Of a stretch of 60,000 bases of DNA, positions 59,740 to 60,000 are shown piece after piece. Every line of letters begins with the position of its first letter. Position 1 is the first letter of the stretch. Location of the stretch: contig MU053379.1 in NCBI GenBank assembly GCA_013239625.1, positions 4,485,229 to 4,545,228 on the forward strand, given 5' to 3'. The stretch comes from Lama guanicoe. Lineage: Eukaryota. The position numbers were made by a program, and so were the translations under genes. The notes under the pieces were generated by a model. That model did not search any database. It was given only the letters and a program-made list of their open reading frames with translations, and was not told the origin of the DNA.

Positions 59740-60000
59740 AAGTATTTTTTTAAAAAGGGAATTTACTGGCTCATGAAACTAGAAAGTCCCAACTTCAAGG
59801 CTGAGTTGGTTCCTAACACAGCCATCAAAGGCTTGATTTCTCCCCACCTCTTCTGTCTGCCTCATTGTACAAGGGCACCCTCTTCAGGGTGGCAACATGG
59901 CTGCAGCAGCACCATCCACACGTGACATGTCCAGAAAGAGAAAGAGAAACATCACCTCTTCCAGAATCTCCTGGCAAACTCCTTCTCCAAGCTCAGTGGC
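59740..60000 (-). mobile_element. Old MaLR LTR (MLT1K/L-like), runs off the window
   Basis: aaaaagggaatttactggctcatgaaactagaaagtcc...ggtggcaacatggctgcagcagc...cctcttccagaatctcctggcaaa matches MLT1K/L antisense motifs. Confidence 0.7.

Noticed and set aside
1..60000. Hundreds of six-frame ORFs up to ~350 aa (e.g. 17511-18500, 20551-21501, 21559-22431, 35719-36780, 43218-44204)
   Set aside because: Pro/Gly/Arg/Ala-rich, overlapping on both strands, crossing repeats or N-gaps, with no recognisable domain. This is expected from stop-codon scarcity in GC-rich DNA.

Overview
Very GC- and CpG-rich mammalian genomic DNA from a gapped draft assembly (N-runs at 23765-23784, 28237-28414 and 36319-36718). 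Four tRNA-Ala-derived SINEs of the vic-1 type and artiodactyl-type L1 3' ends point to a camelid (alpaca/camel); the composition suggests a subtelomeric or high-recombination region. I recognise no protein-coding exon. The six-frame ORFs are low-complexity GC noise, except for a decayed L1 ORF2 piece at ~3.4-4.25 kb. The window looks intergenic or deep-intronic. It holds eroded ancient repeats (L1M, L2, MIR, CR1, MLT1, MER2, MER33, MER5), three ERV1-type solo LTRs with 4-bp target-site duplications, nested insertions, micro/minisatellites and a few AT-richer unique blocks that may be enhancers. I found no convincing novel biological system. The most notable observations are strong AT-to-GC erosion of old repeats, a CTAGGG-rich interstitial telomeric array, an intact-looking solo-LTR promoter, an 82-bp dispersed direct repeat bracketing an LTR, a tandem duplication creating a possible micro-exon, and orphan promoter/splice signals. 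Repeat family names come from recalled consensus sequences, not a database search.
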